Origin: Planctomycetales bacterium
GTDB taxonomy: Bacteria; 4484-113; JAFGCY01
Assembly: GCA_022646745.1 (NCBI GenBank)
Contig: CP060262.1
Span: 1,830,001 to 1,862,000, forward strand
Length of the DNA: 32,000 bases
Direction: 5' to 3'
Positions 26,546 to 32,000 of this stretch are shown one piece after another. The stretch's first letter is position 1. Every line of letters begins with the position of its first letter. Both the position numbers and the translations under genes were made by a program. The notes under the pieces are model-generated. The model made no database searches. It saw only the letters and a program-made list of their open reading frames with translations, and was not told where the DNA came from.

Positions 26546-27820
26546 TTACAGGGCCGTCCACAGCCTGGTCAGCAGCGGGCTGCCGAAAGTTGACAACAGG
26601 GTCCCGATGAAGATCATCAGCATCACGAAGGCCTTGGCGACGTCCTGCCCGCGCAGGCTGCCAAGCAGCATCGGCTCACGCGAGAGGTAGGCGCTGGCGG
26701 CATACAGTTCCTCGCCGATCAGCGTATAGTCGCAGGTCGTGATGAAGAACGGCAGCTGCGCCTGGGCGTCGGTGCCGGCGATCTGGATCGCCCCGGTGGT
26801 GTTGCCCGTCTCGGCCAGCAGCAGGCTCTCCGCGTAGAAGTAGCCGAGCAGGAAGTTCGCCGCCGGCTTCTCGCGCAGCATGATGCCGCAGACTGATGCC
26901 GTGTAGCTGAACTGCTGGTCCGTGAGGAAGTAGATGTTATCCTCACGGTAGTTGTCAGGGCGGCCGGCCTCCAGGTAGGCGTTCTTGACGACTTCCTGGG
27001 AGACGGTCATCACCACCGGGTCGAAGCAGGGCACCAGCAGGTCGCTCTCATAGGTCGCGACCTTGCCGGCGATGCGGCCGAGGATGTTCACTGCAGCCAC
27101 CGTGGAAAGCGTGGCCAGTGAGTCAAGGCCGTTGATGTGCAGGACGGGCTTGCCCATTTCCGTGGCGCGGCCGATGGCCTCGTCCACTGCCTCCAGTCCG
27201 GCGATGCGCCGGATGAAGATGTTCGGGTTCTTGCGCGCGGCAAGGATGAAGAACATGATGATGATCGAGAACACCACCGCAATCAGCAGGCGGAACACAG
27301 TGTTGGTGTTGAACCACTGCTCCTTCGCCTGCACCGTGCCGGCATCGAACTGCTGGGCGCGGCCGGCGGGGTCCACCACCAGGCGCACTGCCATCTCACC
27401 GAGGGCCGGGCCAATCGGGTTGATTTGCTGCTCACCGGCTGTATCGAAGCTGATGTACTTGGAGATCACCATGTAAAGGTCATCGGGGTGCAGGGTCTCG
27501 TCGCCATCCACCACACCCCAGCCGAAGATCTCCGGGTGGCCGGACTTCTTATCCAGCGAGGAGAGCAGTACCGGGGCGGTCTCGGTGTCGTGCCACTGGC
27601 CCTCGACCTGGATCTGCGGCATCAGCTCGAGCAGTTCATCGCCCTCGAGCTGGAAGGTCAGGATCACGGCAGTGCCGTCGTCATTGGGGTGGTCGGCAAC
27701 CTCGATCGATGTTGCCTGCTGCGCCTGGGCGGGGAAGGGAAGGAGGGCACACACGAAAACCATGAGGGGCAGCAGTACTGCACCGAAGTTCCGCGTGTTC
27801 GAAAAAGCCAGGATTCGCAC
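26546..27820 (-). CDS. membrane operon gene 1: signal peptide, extracytoplasmic domain of about 170 aa, TM helix, soluble domain of about 220 aa, C-terminal TM helix (424 aa)
   Basis: Signal peptide RILAFSNTRNFGAVLLPLMVFVCALLPFPAQA. TM helix FRLLIAVVFSIIIMFFILAA. C-terminal hydrophobic helix. The GTG start has a poorly spaced SD, so the start is uncertain. No known motif. Confidence 0.75.
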   Translation of the reverse strand: MRILAFSNTRNFGAVLLPLMVFVCALLPFPAQAQQATSIEVADHPNDDGTAVILTFQLEGDELLELMPQIQVEGQWHDTETAPVLLSSLDKKSGHPEIFGWGVVDGDETLHPDDLYMVISKYISFDTAGEQQINPIGPALGEMAVRLVVDPAGRAQQFDAGTVQAKEQWFNTNTVFRLLIAVVFSIIIMFFILAARKNPNIFIRRIAGLEAVDEAIGRATEMGKPVLHINGLDSLATLSTVAAVNILGRIAGKVATYESDLLVPCFDPVVMTVSQEVVKNAYLEAGRPDNYREDNIYFLTDQQFSYTASVCGIMLREKPAANFLLGYFYAESLLLAETGNTTGAIQIAGTDAQAQLPFFITTCDYTLIGEELYAASAYLSREPMLLGSLRGQDVAKAFVMLMIFIGTLLSTFGSPLLTRLWTAL

Positions 27821-27879
27821 TTCCTCTTAGACCGCCGGCGAGAATCGAAGGTGACGTCGATTGTAGCTCAAATATGAAT

Positions 27880-28389
27880 ATTTGGGAAATGAGTAGTCAG
27901 CGGTCAGTAATCAGTGGTCAGACAGGCAATCAGAAGGGAGCAGCGCTGCCCAGTCCGGCGCAGCCGTGACGAAGCTGCGCAAATGCGGGATGTGGAATGC
28001 GGAAGTGCGCAACTTGTTTGCGCACAATGTGGAGGTCAGATGGAGTCTGACAACCACGCCTCGCTTACGCTCCGCGTGGCAGGCAAGGTTGGAGTCTGGA
28101 GTGGGGAGTGGGGAGTTTGGCTGGAGCGCGAGCATTCAGCTCGCCGGAGCGGCAGCATGCTGCCGCCTGATCTTCTGCCTTCCGGCGGCGGGGCGCTGCT
28201 GTCACCAGGAACCAAGAACTAAGCACAAAGAACTTCCTGGTTTAAACGGATGGCTGTCGCCATCCTGGGCAAGGCTCGGTGGCCTTGCCCTACTCATTCT
28301 CATTTTGCCTCTCATTCTCATCCTGCTTCTGCTTCTCATTCTCATCCTGCTTCTCATTCTGCTTCTGCCCACTGACAACTGACAACTGG
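27880..28389. repeat. hairpin-dense, low-complexity intergenic block (locus C)
   Basis: Consecutive perfect hairpins include GTGCGCAA-cttgt-TTGCGCAC (28006-28026), GTCAGA-tggag-TCTGAC, GCGAGC-attca-GCTCGC, GGCAGC-at-GCTGCC, GGATGGC-tgtc-GCCATCC and GGCAAGGC-tcggtg-GCCTTGCC. A CT-rich hexamer-word tract follows at 28289-28370 (ctcatt/ctcatc/ctgctt), then ctgacaactgacaact. Confidence 0.8.
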
Positions 28390-29112
28390 CTACTGGTCAC
28401 TGAGCACTATCTCATTCCCATCCGGGTCACGCAGCACCCCGCTGTCAATGTCATGCCCGCGCGCTTCGAGCCTCAGCAGGCAGTCCTGCAGCGCGCCTGG
28501 CGTGCGGTAGCTGACAAGGATGCGGTTGTGCGTCATGCCGCTGTCAATGAGGATCAGCGTGTTGTCCTGGCGCAGCTCCCAGGTGCCCGGGTCGCTGCCC
28601 TCGCCACTCTCCAGCCCGAGCCAGCCGTACCAGTCGCACAGACCGCGCGGGTCCGGCGTTGCCAGCACCCAGGTCATGCGGTCCGCGGCACTGCCTGGCC
28701 AGGCCGGCAGGCCGCGCTCGGTGTAGGGTACGCCCTCGAGGAACATCCGCCGTTCCAGCGGGAAGGTGTTGAAGAAGATCCCGTTGCCGGCCGGGTCGCG
28801 CAGGGTCAGGGTCTGTGCCCCTTCCTCGTCCAGCGCGAAGGCGGTCTCGGCCTCGATCCCGCGCAGCGTTGCCAGTTCCGCGATCACCGCGATGTCACCG
28901 CCGCGCCAGTGCAGCAGGTTCTCCCGGATGTAGCCCTGGAACAGGTGCAGCTCGGTGGAACCGAAGCGCAGCGTGGCCCAGTTCTCCTCGGGCCGCCCGC
29001 CGATGCGCTCAAAGCCCAGCAGCTCGTAGAAGGCCAGCGCCAGGCTGAGTTCGGCGCAGCAGATGTTCGGGCAGAACCAGCCCAGCCGGATGTCAATGTC
29101 AGGTGCACCCAT
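28390..29112 (-). CDS. two-module VOC (glyoxalase/bleomycin-resistance/dioxygenase fold) family protein
   Basis: Two beta-alpha-beta-beta-beta-like modules (..AFYELLGFERIG..ATLRFGSTELHLFQ.. and ..DWYGWLGLES..WELRQDNTLILID..LRDPDGNEIVL). The start is either of two adjacent ATGs (29118 or 29112). Confidence 0.75.
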   Translation of the reverse strand: MGAPDIDIRLGWFCPNICCAELSLALAFYELLGFERIGGRPEENWATLRFGSTELHLFQGYIRENLLHWRGGDIAVIAELATLRGIEAETAFALDEEGAQTLTLRDPAGNGIFFNTFPLERRMFLEGVPYTERGLPAWPGSAADRMTWVLATPDPRGLCDWYGWLGLESGEGSDPGTWELRQDNTLILIDSGMTHNRILVSYRTPGALQDCLLRLEARGHDIDSGVLRDPDGNEIVLSDQ

Positions 29113-29220
29113 GGGCAATATCTTAGCCGGGGCTGGATCCGCCGGGCAGGCCCCTGCGCCCGACTGGTCTCAATTAGCCCTGAAGTGTTATACTGCCCCA
29201 ACTGAAGGAGTGAGGTGCAT

Positions 29221-29913
29221 ATGTTCAGATACACCGCTCTACTGCTGCTGGCCGTGCTTGTGATGCCTGTTGCGGGACAGGCCCAGACCTCTGGCTCCGC
29301 TTCGCCACCCGTCATCTGCAGCATCGATGGCATCCCCATCTGCGAGGAAGTCTGCGGGACCCTTTGCATTGAGGCCTCAGCCTGCGATGAGGATGGGATC
29401 GCTTCGATGACCATAGAACTGGACGGTGTGGTGGTTGCCAGTGCTGAGGATGGCTGGATCAGCTACGACCTCGACCTCGGCGGACTGTCGATCATGCCCC
29501 ATTACCTGATGGTGATCGTGGAGGATGAGTCCGGGGATGAGACATTCGGCGGCATCGAGTTCATTCCGGTTGGTCCCGGGACGGCGTTCATGCCGAAGCC
29601 GATCGAATCCGGTCGCTGTAAGGTGCTCGGGATGGTGATGGAGGACAATTCCGGCGATGAGTTGCCGGATGTGCCAAGGGGCGGTGCCAGGGTCGGCCTC
29701 TACAGGGCTGATGGCACTCTCTACATGTCCACAACCACATTGGACAGCGGAGCTTTCAGGTTCCTCGGTGTCAGTTGCCTGCAGAGCCTGACCCTGAAGC
29801 CGATCCTGGAAGAGACATTGACACCTGAGACCTGGCATCCGATGTCAACAACGGTCGGACCATACATGGATGGTGTGTTCGATGCCGGCGTGATTGTCGT
29901 GTCAACACACTGA
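29221..29913 (+). CDS. secreted protein with a Cys-rich N-terminus, an Ig-like module and a CarboxypepD_reg-like module (230 aa)
   Basis: Signal peptide MFRYTALLLLAVLVMPVAGQAQ. CarboxypepD_reg-like segment GARVGLYRADGTLYMSTTTLDSGAFRFLGV. AAGGAG/GAGG SD lies upstream of ATG 29221. Confidence 0.7.
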   Translation: MFRYTALLLLAVLVMPVAGQAQTSGSASPPVICSIDGIPICEEVCGTLCIEASACDEDGIASMTIELDGVVVASAEDGWISYDLDLGGLSIMPHYLMVIVEDESGDETFGGIEFIPVGPGTAFMPKPIESGRCKVLGMVMEDNSGDELPDVPRGGARVGLYRADGTLYMSTTTLDSGAFRFLGVSCLQSLTLKPILEETLTPETWHPMSTTVGPYMDGVFDAGVIVVSTH

Positions 29914-29954
29914 CAACATGCCGCACAAGGCGTTAGCGGGAGAGACTACTGCCT

Positions 29955-31364
29955 GTGGGTGAACAGGGCAAACTGGAACAGGAACTGGCTGGCCTGCAGG
30001 CCGAGTTGCTGGAGCGGGACGGGCAGCAGCTTGCACCTGATCCGGCCCTGCTTGCCAGGCAGGCCGATCTGCTGGCGGGCCTGGCACGCTATGCGGAATC
30101 CCTCGACGTGCTTTCTCGGGCCATCCAGCTGGCCAGGGAGTCAACCGGCCAGGCTGACCCGCTGCTGCACAAGTCGCGGGCCGGAATCCTGTTCGAGATG
30201 GAGCGTTGCCAGGAAGCACTGGAGGAGATATCGCGCTCGGCCAGGGCCCGTGAGCAACTGGGGCTCGACGAGGACTGGGAGTTGTCAAAACTGCGGGGCA
30301 ACTGCTTCTACATCCTCGGCCGCAATGAGGAGGCGCTGGCCGCCTACAGCCGGGCCGAGGACATCCAGCGAAGGCAGGGCATGCCTGTCTATCCCTACCT
30401 GCCGATGAACCGCGGCGCTGTCTACATCTCGGAGCATCGTCTTCAGGAGGCTCTGCAATGCTTCGAGGAGTCGGCAACACTGCTGCAGGCACAGGGCATG
30501 CAGCCGCACTATGCACTGGAGATGAACCGTGGCGTGCTGCTTTCGCAGCTCGGCCGGATCGCTGAGGGACTGGAGGCCTACAACCGGGCCGAAGACTTGC
30601 TTAGGGAGGATGGCAAGCCGGAGGATGCCGACCTGCTGATGAACCGTGGGATTGCCTGTTACCGGCTGGGCCAGGCCAGCGAGGCACTGGAGCACTTCCG
30701 CCGCAGTGAACAGCTGCGCCATGAGCGCGGCATGCAGGAGTCATACGTGCTGGTGTTTCACCGTGCGATCGCTCTGCAGCGCAGTGGCGAGGTGCAGCAG
30801 GCCATCGCCCAGGCCTACCGCGCGATTGCCATCTGCAGTGAGCAGGGACTGACAATCAACCGCTTCGTGGCCGAGACCCTGCAGGACTGGCTGGCCAGCG
30901 GTGCCACAGAGCCCGTTGCCAGCGAAGGGGAGGCCGCCCAGTGCAGCTATGATGCCTTCATTTGCTACCGCCGCAATGTGGCAATGGGGCATGCGATGCT
31001 GCTGAAGACGCACCTCGACCTGAACGGCCGCTCGGTGTTCCGCGACCAGGACAACCTGCCGGTTGGCCGCTTCCGCGAACAGCTGGCGGAGGCCGTCTGC
31101 AGCTCGCGCGTGCTGATCCTGCTGCTGACGCCGGGCATCTTCGAGGAAGCTGACGACGATGATGAGGACTTCCTGCTGTTCGAACTGGCAACAGCGCTCA
31201 GCTGCGGCACGCGCATCATCCCGGTGGCGATGGAGGGCTTCATCTGGCCGGAGGCCTCCGAACTGCCGGCGGAGGTGCGCGGCATCGCCCAGTTCAACGG
31301 CCTGTCCTTCTCCAGTGAGTTCTTCACCGCCTTCATGGACAAGCTGCTGAAGTGGATGGAGTAA
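29955..31364 (+). CDS. TPR-repeat protein with a C-terminal TIR domain (469 aa)
   Basis: About 6-7 TPR-like repeats of about 42 aa (recurring MNRGxxxxxLGRxxEALxxYxRAE). The C-terminal 135 aa or so carry TIR landmarks: YDAFICYRR, VFRDQDNLPVG, RVLILLLTP, FLLFELATAL (conserved Glu) and RIIPV. GTG start, with GGGAGAG upstream. Confidence 0.85.
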   Translation: MGEQGKLEQELAGLQAELLERDGQQLAPDPALLARQADLLAGLARYAESLDVLSRAIQLARESTGQADPLLHKSRAGILFEMERCQEALEEISRSARAREQLGLDEDWELSKLRGNCFYILGRNEEALAAYSRAEDIQRRQGMPVYPYLPMNRGAVYISEHRLQEALQCFEESATLLQAQGMQPHYALEMNRGVLLSQLGRIAEGLEAYNRAEDLLREDGKPEDADLLMNRGIACYRLGQASEALEHFRRSEQLRHERGMQESYVLVFHRAIALQRSGEVQQAIAQAYRAIAICSEQGLTINRFVAETLQDWLASGATEPVASEGEAAQCSYDAFICYRRNVAMGHAMLLKTHLDLNGRSVFRDQDNLPVGRFREQLAEAVCSSRVLILLLTPGIFEEADDDDEDFLLFELATALSCGTRIIPVAMEGFIWPEASELPAEVRGIAQFNGLSFSSEFFTAFMDKLLKWME

Positions 31365-31502
31365 GGGGTGCGGAGGTCAGCCGTAAGGTTGACAACGTGG
31401 AGACCTGGCGAATGTCAGACAACGAAAGTTCTGGATGAATAACTAGGGGACACGAAGATCTTGGCAATTTCCCACTCCCTGGATTAAATCTTGGCAGTAT
31501 GG

Positions 31503-32000
31503 CTACTGCCCGGAGACTGTTGATGGCAGCCCTTCGATGTCATATCCGCTCATAAAACGGTCCGATTCCAGCCATGAACAGCAGATGACTGCGAAGCGTT
31601 CATCCAGCCTTACATTGACATAGTCATAATCCGAGATGAGCGTGGGTGGTTTGAATATGTACTCATGGCTTTCGCTTGTCACCAGGTAAATAAGACCCTG
31701 CCTTTCAAAATAGGAGCGCAAAAGGGGAATTGCCTTTACCTCGTTGTCGAAGTCATCCCCATCATGTTTTCGAAACAGCCAAAGCAGGAACTTGCCGCAC
31801 GGGTCGCCTGCGGATATCCTCAGGCCCGGGAAGCTCGTGTAAACGTAGTCATCTCCGGGGGTTTTCCACCACATGAAGAAGCGCTGCCTGTCGTAACCCA
31901 GTGATGCCATATAGTCTCGGTACTGTTCCGAAAATTCTCTACTGCGTCTGCGTCCTTCCAGGTGCTGCAGCAGAGATGGCTGGCTGTTGCCAAGTGCTGC
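31503..32000 (-). CDS. hypothetical protein in a lower-GC segment (the frame stays open to the window edge, so the N-terminus may lie outside)
   Basis: The track ORF 31503..31910 has no in-frame stop between 31911 and 32000. GC is visibly lower than in the rest of the window. No motif recognised. Confidence 0.5.
   Translation of the reverse strand, partial: AALGNSQPSLLQHLEGRRRSREFSEQYRDYMASLGYDRQRFFMWWKTPGDDYVYTSFPGLRISAGDPCGKFLLWLFRKHDGDDFDNEVKAIPLLRSYFERQGLIYLVTSESHEYIFKPPTLISDYDYVNVRLDERFAVICCSWLESDRFMSGYDIEGLPSTVSGQ

Noticed and set aside
27897-27960. Possible SRP (4.5S) RNA: AGAAGGGAGCAGC resembles GGAAGGAAGCAGC of SRP helix 8
   Set aside because: The flanking sequence does not form the conserved GGAA-tetraloop helix or its symmetric and asymmetric loops. 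The match is best explained by the agcag-type low-complexity words common in these intergenic blocks.
27966-29205. Plus-strand ORFs 27966..28382 (138 aa) and 28279..29205 (308 aa)
   Set aside because: The first is made of hairpin repeats and ends in the CT-rich word tract (poly-Leu/Ile). The second starts in that tract and is antisense to the VOC-family gene, which has a coherent domain structure.
1-32000. Prophage, IS element or integrative island
   Set aside because: No integrase, transposase, recombinase, phage structural gene or tRNA attachment site is visible. The only compositional break is the last 630 bp or so, which cannot be evaluated further within this window.

Overview
High-GC (about 60-65% by eye) bacterial chromosomal segment with dense coding on both strands. 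There are no rRNA or tRNA genes, CRISPR arrays, transposases or integrases. Confidently recognised genes: a very long flagellin (about 895 aa) with a near-consensus sigma28 promoter and its own terminator, type IV pilus ATPases pilT and pilB (separate transcription units), the frr-uppS-cdsA cluster, a class I SAM methyltransferase, a Clp/Hsp100 AAA+ chaperone and a two-module VOC/glyoxalase-fold protein. The rest is accessory-looking: a 1139-aa lipoprotein with dockerin-like, FN3-like and PKD domains, three tandem paralogous small lipoproteins, two secreted Ig-like/CarboxypepD_reg-like proteins, a translationally coupled four-gene membrane-protein operon with no recognisable family, and a TPR-TIR protein next to a lower-GC tail. 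The long intergenic regions (9.2-9.76, 15.5-16.26, 19.25-19.56 and 27.85-28.39 kb) hold a mosaic family of hairpin-rich repeat modules, including a 154-bp tandem duplication between pilT and the giant lipoprotein gene. The best novelty candidates are the TPR-TIR gene, the four-gene membrane operon, the structured repeat array and the orphan giant flagellin. All family assignments come from motifs read by eye; no database search was possible.
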